Shown here: piece after piece, positions 48,456-56,666 of the stretch
Layout of the letters: each line of letters begins with the position of its first letter
Position numbering within the stretch: the first letter of the stretch is position 1
DNA from: an uncultured Nitrososphaerota archaeon
GTDB taxonomy: Archaea; Asgardarchaeota; Njordarchaeia; Njordarchaeales; Panguiarchaeaceae
Reading direction: 5' to 3'
Assembly: GCA_964636085.1 (NCBI GenBank)
Contig: CAZWPQ010000005.1
Location: forward strand, 32,730-89,965
Length of the DNA stretch: 57,236 nucleotides
The notes under the pieces: model-generated
Told to the model about the DNA's origin: nothing
Databases searched by the model: none
The model's input: the letters and a program-made list of their open reading frames with translations, nothing else
Position numbers and translations under genes: made by a program

Positions 48456-48866
48456 TTATTTTTCTTTCATAAGCAGGGGTTCCCTTTCAATTATTAAAAA
48501 CCGGCCCCTAACATCGACAACATATGCATAGTCGCCCCGCTTAAAATTGCTCTTCACAGAGAAAGCCCTCCATAGTTCTCCCCTAAAACGCACATATCCA
48601 TCCTTTGTAGGTGTTATTTCGTCTAGAACTGTACAGATGCCACCAATCATGGGGTATGGAGACTCAGTTCTATCCGCTACTTGGACTGGCCTAATTCTTT
48701 GTGATAGCCTTATTATCATGTACAGCAATACTGATGTGATAATCAGCGACGTGCATGCAAAAATAATTGAGGCGAATGTAGCGTGGCTTGTCATTAGCAT
48801 CATTATTATCAAAAACATGAAAAACATCAGAAAGTAGAATAGCGAAACAACATCCATAGCATCCAT
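48456..48866 (-). CDS. nfeD: NfeD-family membrane protein (short form with a C-terminal OB-fold)
   Basis: Two N-terminal TMs, then GGICTVLDEITPTKDGYVRFRGELWRAFS...GDYAYVVDVRGRFLIIE. It lies directly downstream of the stomatin gene, the classic pairing. Confidence 0.8.
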   Translation of the reverse strand: MDAMDVVSLFYFLMFFMFLIIMMLMTSHATFASIIFACTSLIITSVLLYMIIRLSQRIRPVQVADRTESPYPMIGGICTVLDEITPTKDGYVRFRGELWRAFSVKSNFKRGDYAYVVDVRGRFLIIEREPLLMKEK

Positions 48867-48872
48867 TCACCA

Positions 48873-49760
48873 CTACTTCTTCTTTTTGGCGGAACTCACC
48901 GCCAACGTAGCCGCGAGAGCGCTCTCCAAATTACCAAAAGTTGTTGGATATAGAAGTATTGTATTCTTTTCCTTCGCTACTTCAACCAGCGTAGTCAGTT
49001 CCCGCAATCGAAGGGCAACTGGATTTTTCTCGTAATATTCAGCAGCCTCCGCCATTATCTTTGCAGCCTGCCTTTCACCTTCAGCACTTATTATCTTTGC
49101 CCTTCTCTCCCTCTCCGCCTCAGCTTGCATGGCCATCGCTCTTATCATGCTTTCTGGAAGATATACTTGCTGAAGCGCTACTGATATTATTTTTATTCCC
49201 CACTCCCCAACTACACTATCTACTTCGTCCTGTATCAGCTTTGCCATTTCCTCACGTTTTTGAAGAATCTCATCAAGCTCATGAATACCCAAAACTTCTC
49301 TCAAATTGGCTTGACCATATTGAAATAGAAGCCTTGGAATATTTTTAACAGTTATAAATGCCTTCCCTGGATCCATTATGCGGTATATTATTACTGCATC
49401 TACCTTTATATTTATATTGTCTTTTGTGAGTATTTCTTGTGCTGGAATATCTATTGTTTGGACTCGAAGGTCAAACCTATAAGCCTTATCCAGTATTGGG
49501 TCTATGAATATTACTCCAGGGCCTTTCATACCGACATATCGTCCCAGTCTGAGCACTGCTGCACGTTCATATTCTGGGATTACCTTAACGCCAGCGGCTA
49601 ATAGAGGAAGACCAAAAATTAAGAGCATTACAGCTAGGAGTGTCAATACATCAGCTATAGTAACCGTGGTTGTCACCATCATTGATGATACTGCAATCGC
49701 CCATAATATTAACGGAATGAGAAATGGAGTTATTGGTTTGGAGGCCAAGCACGACACCAC
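48873..49760 (-). CDS. SPFH/band-7 stomatin-like protein
   Basis: VIPEYERAAVLRLGRYVGMKGPG.., ..TKDNINIKVDAVIIYRI.., and a coiled Ala/Glu-rich tail MQAEAERERRAKIISAEGERQAA. GTG start. Confidence 0.9.
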   Translation of the reverse strand: MVSCLASKPITPFLIPLILWAIAVSSMMVTTTVTIADVLTLLAVMLLIFGLPLLAAGVKVIPEYERAAVLRLGRYVGMKGPGVIFIDPILDKAYRFDLRVQTIDIPAQEILTKDNINIKVDAVIIYRIMDPGKAFITVKNIPRLLFQYGQANLREVLGIHELDEILQKREEMAKLIQDEVDSVVGEWGIKIISVALQQVYLPESMIRAMAMQAEAERERRAKIISAEGERQAAKIMAEAAEYYEKNPVALRLRELTTLVEVAKEKNTILLYPTTFGNLESALAATLAVSSAKKKK

Positions 49761-49863
49761 ATTTTACTAATATCTAAAAGACACTTATTCATATAAAATC
49801 GAATGAAAATTAACAATAATTGATTATACAAAACCCTTCTGTCGCTATTTTATATTGGCCATA

Positions 49864-50286
49864 CTAGCAACATGTTCGGACATCAGCAGGAACGAACTTT
49901 ACCATTTCGACACCAACAACGTTCTCCATTTGACTTATAAGCGATATTATTTTTTGAGAGGATCCACGGAGTAACACCACTTCTAGGCACTTGTCGTAGG
50001 AAACATGAAAATGTAGAGTAGATATTATTTCCTCCAAGAACTCGTGCTGAATATCCAACAATTTTTTTACAGTATCCCCTCTCTTCTCGTTATATATCAC
50101 CACAGTGACGCCAATAACATATTCACATTTCTCGGCCCAAGATCTATCAAGTATAAAACTTCTCACAGCCTCCGATAGGAGACGCGAACGACTTTTAATC
50201 CCATATTTCTCCATGTATTCGTCTATAAGCCCCAATATCTCCCTTGGAATCGTTACTCCAGTCTTAATGGTCTTTGACCCAGCCAA
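49864..50286 (-). CDS. nikR: NikR-family (ribbon-helix-helix plus ACT-like metal-binding domain) transcriptional regulator
   Basis: N-terminal RHH GVTIPREILGLIDEYMEKYGIKSRSRLLSEAV, and C-terminal ..VIYNEKRGD...IQHEF...TLHFHVSYDKCLEVVLLRG. TTG start. Confidence 0.75.
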   Translation of the reverse strand: MAGSKTIKTGVTIPREILGLIDEYMEKYGIKSRSRLLSEAVRSFILDRSWAEKCEYVIGVTVVIYNEKRGDTVKKLLDIQHEFLEEIISTLHFHVSYDKCLEVVLLRGSSQKIISLISQMENVVGVEMVKFVPADVRTCC

Positions 50287-50338
50287 ATCACATCACCACA
50301 TATATATTATTTTACAAACGACTTAACAATATAATATC

Positions 50339-50346
50339 GGAGGGGG
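50339..50346 (+). promoter_or_regulatory. Shine-Dalgarno-like GGAGGGGG upstream of the HAD gene
   Basis: GGAGG at 50339-50343, 6 nt before ATG 50350. An AT-rich catatatattatttta lies upstream in the divergent nikR/HAD spacer. Confidence 0.5.
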
Positions 50347-50349
50347 ACA

Positions 50350-51075
50350 ATGAAAATAGTCATTGCTACCGATATAGATGGTACACTAACTGGAGAGAAT
50401 AATCTCATTGACTTCGAAACCATATCTACTCTGCGTAGAATTCAGCAATTAGGGGGCATAGTAATTCTCGTTTCGAGCCATGCATATGCCGCGGTTAGTA
50501 CATTAGGGGAGTATCTAGGATTCAGATACGTCATCGGGGAAACTGGAGGATGCGGAGGCTATCCTTGGAGACCTCTATTTATAGATGCTATACCAAATAG
50601 AGACATCATCGTGGATATTATCCGGAGCTCAGGATTTCAAACAACACCCTCTAATAATTTTAGACTCGCCGATATATCTATCTGGCCTCCCAATGGGAAC
50701 ATAAATGAGGCTCTTTGTAGATTGCTATCAATACTTAAAGATTTTAAAGTAAACATCTTCTATTCGGGTGTAGCGATCCATATAGTTAGAAGTGGCGTGG
50801 ATAAGGGAAAGGCACTGTTGAAGCTTCTCGAAGTTCTGGGTGTAGATGGTAGAATAATAGCGCTAGGTGATGGGGATAATGATATACCCCTTTTTAATGT
50901 TGCAGACCTCTCAATTGCTCCTAAGAACGCATCTCAAGGCCTTAAAAATGTTTCTTCGGTAGTGCTCCCTATGCGAACCCCCATGGCAACATTATTCGCA
51001 TTGAAAAATATAGAGAAACTTTTTAAATTAAGAAAAATAGATTTAGACATATTGAAGAAAATGTTACAAAAGTGA
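50350..51075 (+). CDS. HAD-superfamily (subfamily IIB, Cof / phosphoglycolate-phosphatase-like) hydrolase
   Basis: Motif I IATDIDGTLT, motif II VSSH, and motif IV GDGDNDIPLF. 241 aa. Confidence 0.8.
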   Translation: MKIVIATDIDGTLTGENNLIDFETISTLRRIQQLGGIVILVSSHAYAAVSTLGEYLGFRYVIGETGGCGGYPWRPLFIDAIPNRDIIVDIIRSSGFQTTPSNNFRLADISIWPPNGNINEALCRLLSILKDFKVNIFYSGVAIHIVRSGVDKGKALLKLLEVLGVDGRIIALGDGDNDIPLFNVADLSIAPKNASQGLKNVSSVVLPMRTPMATLFALKNIEKLFKLRKIDLDILKKMLQK

Positions 51076-51093
51076 AAGCAAGTGTCTAGAGCA

Positions 51094-51576
51094 ATGGAGA
51101 TAATACTCACATACTTGCTCAATAAGCAGGGTGGAAAAGCCACTTTTGGCGACTTCTATTCCCTCACAAAAATCCCCAAGAGAACCCTAAAGAAATTTCT
51201 CTGGTATTGTCAACGTAGAAAATTGATGAAAAGGGAAATAGGAACATATTACATAACTGATCTTGGGCGCGACTACATAAAGAATGTACCCATAATCACT
51301 ATTGGAAACAAAATCTTCATTACTGTTACCGATGAACGAGTCCATATGATAACCCTTGGCAGGAAAATGAGGATAAGAGAATTCGAAAACGACTTTCTTA
51401 AGAAACTTATACTAAAGAAATGCATAAAGCGCGACGAGATAAGATCATCAAATGATAGACGCATGCTTATGAGCGCGATCAGGCTCTTCAGACTACTAAA
51501 AATGGTGAGACTTAGAGGAGACTCAATCTGCATTGAGCCAAATAGTGAGATATTAAGAACACTTGGGATCTTCTAA
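51094..51576 (+). CDS. Putative winged-helix DNA-binding protein
   Basis: MEIILTYLLNKQGGKATFGDFYSLTKIPKRTLKKFLWYCQRRKLMKREIGTYYITDLGRDYI resembles an archaeal wHTH. ATG at 51094 (the track starts at GTG 51082). Family not recognised. Confidence 0.5.
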   Translation: MEIILTYLLNKQGGKATFGDFYSLTKIPKRTLKKFLWYCQRRKLMKREIGTYYITDLGRDYIKNVPIITIGNKIFITVTDERVHMITLGRKMRIREFENDFLKKLILKKCIKRDEIRSSNDRRMLMSAIRLFRLLKMVRLRGDSICIEPNSEILRTLGIF

Positions 51577-52388
51577 ATTCCTTCCAAAATTACTATCTTT
51601 TCCCCTTGTCTTATATTCAGCAGCTGCTTGGCGGATCCCTTGTTAACCGCTATTTCGACATAGCCATGTGATGTCTGCCTCAGCAATAATAGCGAGCCTT
51701 CTGGGGCTTCTCCATAGGTATTGACAACTCGCGCCGTGTATGTCTTATTTCTCACTAGAATCCGTACCTTCTCTCCATATTTAAAATCTGCTTCGCTAGT
51801 GGGCATGTTAAGAATTATGTTTCCAAACCCATCACATACAATCATCTCCAATATATAGCTCCCCTCCTTCTTCACAGGTTGAGGAAACTCCATCCTAGTA
51901 ATAGATTCCTTCGAAATTTCTTTCCCCAAAGATACGATATCTATACCCCTCGAAATGTGTGCAGCGGCGGGAGCAAATATATCCCTCCCATGAAAAGTTG
52001 TACTTACTTTATCCAACATATATGACCTGTTTGTTATCTCTATAATCTTCTGAATACCATCTTTTTCTGCAGCCCATACTAGACATCCATTATCAGGGCC
52101 AACAAAATAATAGTTATCGGTTTTTATTGCTATTGGTTTCCTCTTTGTCCCAACCCCAGGGTCGACGACACAACAAAATACAGTGTTTTTGGGGAAATAC
52201 CTGTATGTTATGAGAAGATAAAACGCGGCTGCTCTAATATTATATTTTGGGAGATTATGCGCTAGATCAACAATTCTCGCTTGTGGATTGATCCCGAGTA
52301 TTACCCCCTTCACGACTCCTACATACGGATCTGACGCACTAAAGTCTGTCAGGAGTGCTATTATTCGTGCCTCCATAGGGATCCACAT
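51573..52388 (-). CDS. SAM hydroxide adenosyltransferase / SAM hydrolase family protein (DUF62)
   Basis: IALLTDFSASDPYVGVVKGVILGI, VDLAHNLP, FCCVVDPGVGTKRKP and VGPDNGCL. The start overlaps the 3' end of the ThiF-like gene, by 28 nt from ATG 52388 or 16 nt from ATG 52376. Confidence 0.85.
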   Translation of the reverse strand: MWIPMEARIIALLTDFSASDPYVGVVKGVILGINPQARIVDLAHNLPKYNIRAAAFYLLITYRYFPKNTVFCCVVDPGVGTKRKPIAIKTDNYYFVGPDNGCLVWAAEKDGIQKIIEITNRSYMLDKVSTTFHGRDIFAPAAAHISRGIDIVSLGKEISKESITRMEFPQPVKKEGSYILEMIVCDGFGNIILNMPTSEADFKYGEKVRILVRNKTYTARVVNTYGEAPEGSLLLLRQTSHGYVEIAVNKGSAKQLLNIRQGEKIVILEGI

Positions 52389-53098
52389 ACCTCACAGTTT
52401 GGACTCCTAAGCACTTCTAGGTGCTCGAACTCCATGCTATATCCATCATAATATATAATCTTGCCTATAGCTGGCTTGCCTATTCCTGTTATCAATTTTA
52501 TTGTCTCTGTTGCTTGGATAGATCCAATAATACTTGCAGTGGTACCTAGAACTGCTATACCTTCCTCATCTCTGACTCCGCGTATTATACAGTTTAGACA
52601 TGCTGTCTTTCCTGGAATTATGACCATTACTTGGCCCGATAACCCCTGGATACCCCCATGAACCAATATTTTCTGGTGTTTGACACAGGCCTTATTTAGA
52701 ATCAAACGCGTGGCCCAATTATCTAAGCAATCCACTACTATATCGACCCCATCTATGAGCCCATCCACATTTTCCTCCGTTATGGATACATCCAACGGCT
52801 CTATCTCCACATTGGGATTCATCCTCATCAATTTCTCCGCTGCACGATATACCTTCTTATGCCCCAGATCATCCATGTTATATAGTATTTGTCTATTAAG
52901 ATCAGGAAGGGAAACTATATCCCTATCCACTAATCTTATATGGCCTACGCCTACTGCAGCAAGGTATAGTGATACAACAGAGCCAAGCCCCCCTACACCC
53001 ATGATGCTAACGCTGGCTTTTTTAAGATTTTCTTGGCCCTCCACACCAAAAAGCGATAACTGTCTACTATATCTAGACTTTTCCTCATCAGTCAGCAT
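52361..53098 (-). CDS. ThiF/MoeB/UbaA-type E1-like adenylyltransferase (no rhodanese domain)
   Basis: YSRQLSLFGVEGQENL, nucleotide loop IMGVGGLGS, LVDRD..SLPDLNRQ, and two CxxC pairs (CLNC and CEVC). 245 aa. Confidence 0.85.
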   Translation of the reverse strand: MLTDEEKSRYSRQLSLFGVEGQENLKKASVSIMGVGGLGSVVSLYLAAVGVGHIRLVDRDIVSLPDLNRQILYNMDDLGHKKVYRAAEKLMRMNPNVEIEPLDVSITEENVDGLIDGVDIVVDCLDNWATRLILNKACVKHQKILVHGGIQGLSGQVMVIIPGKTACLNCIIRGVRDEEGIAVLGTTASIIGSIQATETIKLITGIGKPAIGKIIYYDGYSMEFEHLEVLRSPNCEVCGSLWRHE

Positions 53099-53101
53099 GT
53101 C

Positions 53102-54724
53102 CTACCTCCTTCTCCTAGATCCAACAACGTGATCTATAACCTTTCTAAAGCATTCCTTATCTAGGCACTCCCTAATACCCATCTCATCCGCAATATCTGC
53201 CATTATGTCATAGACTATTCTTCTCTGCACATTTTCTGATACCTCTGCACACACGATGTGGAATAAATCGCGGCCATGAAATTTTGTTGTGTATGTTCTC
53301 AGAATAAGCTTTGCGTCATGTATCTTTGCTTCTGTAACTGTTCTACTTATGCTCGATAATGTTACCGCGATCGATGGATCATTAAATAGTAGGTATGCGA
53401 ACTTTGTATGCCTTAGTGAGCACTGAGGAGTTGGCCCCATTCGGGGGTCGAATATGATTAAGTACATATTCTTAATGCCAATATAGCCGAGGAAATCATT
53501 TATTTTTTCACTAAGTTCTATGCGGGGTATGTCGAGAATTTTTTTAAGGCTTCTACTTACTTCGCCAAATCCTAATATGTACTTTTTCGCTCTCTCAATG
53601 TTCAGTACATATAGTTTGCCACCTATATTGTCAAGTATGCCTGAACCGTAGAGCGCAGCAACAATATCTGGAGAAATACCTGCTTCCTTAGCCTCTCTAA
53701 TATCAAATGCACCCATCTCTATTACCTTATTCAGAACTCCAGGTTCAATTGTCTTAAATTTCGCCCTTTTTTCCTTCAATGCAAGTTCACGCATTTTCTC
53801 CTTCAAGTATTTCCATTGCCTTATCATAAACTCAAGAATAGCACCAAGGAACATGCCAAATATTGCACCAATGGTCGCTCCAACATAACCGACAATATCC
53901 TTTCCGACTTTCTGGGTACCTATGACTACCCAATATGGCATAATATTCCTCACATATCCATACCAGCCCAATATCGAAAACAGGGTTCCCAATGCCGTAC
54001 TACCAAGGCCTCCTAGCCATCCATAGAAGACACCTATCACAGTGGCCTTGACATAGGGACTTAGGCTACTAATAAACATAGCCAGCTTGCTTGGGGAGTT
54101 AAGACCACATATAGCACCAACAAATATGGACAATAATGCTCCCATTGTGGATAATAATAGACCCATTATTATAAACTTCGCCACATTTTTTACTACCTCA
54201 TGTATGTACTTTAATTTTTCGGATATCGATACCTTTTGTATAAGCATGTTTGCATAGGTTATTAAGGAGTGGACTATAATTGCGATCGGTATACCTATAA
54301 GGCCGACCACGCCCCCAACAAATATCCCATCAAAAAATCCTACAAGCACACACATAATCCTGTTTATAAATTCCCTAGCTTCTTCCCTTCTAAATAGTGT
54401 GCTCCTGGGCAAATATATCTCGATGGATGCTACATGAAAACCTATAAGAATCCCTAGAATGAAAGATGGATATGAATCTTCTGGAAAAATGTTTGATCTG
54501 ACAAGGGATAGCCATTCTAGAAATAATTTTATATACCATCCCTCCGTCGGGAAAGTTATGCTATTGGATGCATAGATAATCAATAGGGATATCGACATAG
54601 AGAGATACCATGATGGCACCAATACCAACAAAAAAAGTATGTCTCGTATGCTCTTAACCTTTATTCTCTCGATCCCAATTATTATGAGGATTGATAGTGT
54701 GAGTATAATAATGGCATCGATCAT
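53102..54724 (-). CDS. Polytopic membrane protein (about 8 TM) with a ~220-aa cytoplasmic C-terminal region, possibly a Roadblock/longin-like alpha-beta domain
   Basis: The N-terminal 300 aa are hydrophobic and Gly-rich (GVVGLIGIPIAIIV, GWLGGLGSTALGTLFSILGW). A charged helix KEKMRELALKEKRAKF follows. The tail ..LSEKINDFLGYIGIKNMYLIIFDPRMGP..IAVTLSSISRTVTEAKI..AKLILRTYT..DLFHIVCAEV..VQRRIVYDIMADIADEM has an alpha-beta-beta-alpha-beta-beta-alpha-looking pattern. Confidence 0.6.
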   Translation of the reverse strand: MIDAIIILTLSILIIIGIERIKVKSIRDILFLLVLVPSWYLSMSISLLIIYASNSITFPTEGWYIKLFLEWLSLVRSNIFPEDSYPSFILGILIGFHVASIEIYLPRSTLFRREEAREFINRIMCVLVGFFDGIFVGGVVGLIGIPIAIIVHSLITYANMLIQKVSISEKLKYIHEVVKNVAKFIIMGLLLSTMGALLSIFVGAICGLNSPSKLAMFISSLSPYVKATVIGVFYGWLGGLGSTALGTLFSILGWYGYVRNIMPYWVVIGTQKVGKDIVGYVGATIGAIFGMFLGAILEFMIRQWKYLKEKMRELALKEKRAKFKTIEPGVLNKVIEMGAFDIREAKEAGISPDIVAALYGSGILDNIGGKLYVLNIERAKKYILGFGEVSRSLKKILDIPRIELSEKINDFLGYIGIKNMYLIIFDPRMGPTPQCSLRHTKFAYLLFNDPSIAVTLSSISRTVTEAKIHDAKLILRTYTTKFHGRDLFHIVCAEVSENVQRRIVYDIMADIADEMGIRECLDKECFRKVIDHVVGSRRRR

Positions 54725-54749
54725 TATATTATACCCGTAGGGTCAAGCA

Positions 54750-55604
54750 TTATACTTTGCCCCATCTCTTCCTCGCTTCGTCCATATACTTTATGAGGGC
54801 CTTATTACAATAGTTTATTGCATCGCCTAGTTGTGATTTATAATCATAAACACCCGCCACCACAAAATCACTATTAACGCGCCTCGCAATCGCCAAGAAT
54901 CTTATGTTCTCGAATTTTATCGCCATATACTCTAGTGATCCTCTTTTGTATATCGGATAGAATACCTCCTCCATGAACTTTAAGGCCTCCTTATTACCGA
55001 CAACACTTATTGGGAGCATATGACTATCAATCAAAAACGCGGCTCTAGCATTTGTATTCACTCGAAGGACATCCACAATAGCATCTATCCCGACCTTCTT
55101 TATATCTCCATAGAACATTCTCAAAAGCTCATACATGCTAAATACGTCCAAGACACTTGTATTTATCATCCTTATCCTGTATTTCTTGATGTCGTCCTTT
55201 GGGAATATATTATATATTATAGTCTCAGCTCGCTTAGCCGTTTTTTTGTCTTGCTTATGAGCCACAAAAATGACCTCCATATCCTTTCTCGCATACTTCT
55301 TTATCATCTTCTTGAGATACTCCCAATATTGCCTAGCCTCTGGAAATCTCGTGGGATCTCCAGCATCAACTACATAACCCAATCTATCAGCTAAGGGAAA
55401 ATACTGCTCATAGAAAACCTCTATGTTCCTAAAGCGGGCCTGTCCCGGTACAACATAAATCGAGAGGTAATGCTTCTTATACGTCTCAATGTTATTCGAC
55501 GCAATATATGGCTTCATGGCCTCGCTCTTATCCATATTCTCGAGAAAAACCTTGATGGAGGTCTTTCCAGCCTCATCTAGACCACATAGAACAACATTCG
55601 GCAA
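54750..55604 (-). CDS. MglA/Arf-like small GTPase fused to a C-terminal Roadblock/LC7 (MglB-like) domain
   Basis: G1 is GLDEAGKTS, G3 is VVPGQ (the MglA-type xVPGQ with the usual Asp missing), and G4-like is AHKQD. The C-terminal ~110 aa ..NARAAFLIDSHMLPISVVGNKEALKFMEEVF...EYMAIKFENIRFLAIARRVNSDFVVAGVYDYKSQLGDAINYCNKAL looks like Roadblock. TTG start. Confidence 0.7.
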   Translation of the reverse strand: MPNVVLCGLDEAGKTSIKVFLENMDKSEAMKPYIASNNIETYKKHYLSIYVVPGQARFRNIEVFYEQYFPLADRLGYVVDAGDPTRFPEARQYWEYLKKMIKKYARKDMEVIFVAHKQDKKTAKRAETIIYNIFPKDDIKKYRIRMINTSVLDVFSMYELLRMFYGDIKKVGIDAIVDVLRVNTNARAAFLIDSHMLPISVVGNKEALKFMEEVFYPIYKRGSLEYMAIKFENIRFLAIARRVNSDFVVAGVYDYKSQLGDAINYCNKALIKYMDEARKRWGKV

Positions 55605-55910
55605 ATCCTACACCCATACCCCACTATTAAATATATCAAAAAGTTATCCTATATTTGATACACCACCCCAACCAATCAGATTCCCCATTCATCCCTATTC
55701 TAAAAGCATCGATACACATATCCCCAATGCTTTCTGTAAATATTATCAATTATCAAAATATATGCATAATGTCGCAACATGACAACTGTCGGGCTAAATG
55801 TCGAGTCTATTAGAATATTAATGATGCTTTCTCTTCACTAAGAACACAGGCGCTTCATGCGAACTCTATCACTACCCCATGTTTTATCCCTATCCTATAT
55901 TCGCTCTCCT

Positions 55911-56222
55911 TTAGTACGACAAGGGGTCTATTTGAAATCCCGCCATAATCTCATCAAATTTCTCTGCAAAGGCCCTTGTTATCTTGCGCCAGTCTCGTTT
56001 TTTAGCGAGGATAACCACCCTTTGAACAACATAATCATATTCCTTAGAGACATGTGCTATGAAGTCCTTGTCCGCGGTAATTATTATCGCATCCTCCACA
56101 GACGCCATAGATATTATTTCAGAATTGCTCATGCTTAGTGGTGGGCGGATAACTTGATGACCCTTTTTCTTCAGAATCCTCTCAATCGAGCGGGGAATCA
56201 TCTCATCCAAAAGAAAACGCAA
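55911..56222 (-). CDS. DUF5615 (PIN-like, Mut7-C-related) putative toxin
   Basis: MRFLLDEMIPRSIERILKKKGHQVI...ISMASVEDAIIITADKDF. It lies 6 nt downstream of the DUF433 gene. TTG start. Confidence 0.75.
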   Translation of the reverse strand: MRFLLDEMIPRSIERILKKKGHQVIRPPLSMSNSEIISMASVEDAIIITADKDFIAHVSKEYDYVVQRVVILAKKRDWRKITRAFAEKFDEIMAGFQIDPLSY

Positions 56223-56228
56223 TACGGA

Positions 56229-56666
56229 TCACTTCTGGAATGCTATTTTATGCTCAACCGAGCGTGCTAGTGGCTCGATAATATCCCTATATTCTATGAG
56301 GCTCTCTACTGTGTCATATGTTAAGAATGGATACTCCTCCAAGATCTCTGTGATCGAGTAGCCAGAGTCCAGCATATCATATATGTGGAGTACTGGAAGA
56401 CGCGTACCAGCAACAACAACCATACCACAGACCTTATTTGGATCTATCTCATAATACTTTGAGGCCTCTATGTATCTCTCAATAGACTCGCGATTCTCCA
56501 CAACATATTTTAGGATCCTGTCGGACAGAAATGGATACTCGTCAATTATTTCTTCGATACCGTATCCTGAGTCAATCATCTCTAGGATTATTGCGACCTC
56601 TAATCGGGTCCCCACAATGACTGGTCTGCCACCACAAACCTCTGGACGTAACTCAATATACCTCAT
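56229..56666 (-). CDS. DUF433 antitoxin-like protein containing two tandem DUF433 domains
   Basis: Copy 1 is RPEVCGGRPVIVGTRLEVAIILEMIDSGYGIEEIIDEYPFLSDRILKYVVEN. Copy 2 is DPNKVCGMVVVAGTRLPVLHIYDMLDSGYSITEILEEYPFLTYDTVESLIEY. Confidence 0.8.
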   Translation of the reverse strand: MRYIELRPEVCGGRPVIVGTRLEVAIILEMIDSGYGIEEIIDEYPFLSDRILKYVVENRESIERYIEASKYYEIDPNKVCGMVVVAGTRLPVLHIYDMLDSGYSITEILEEYPFLTYDTVESLIEYRDIIEPLARSVEHKIAFQK

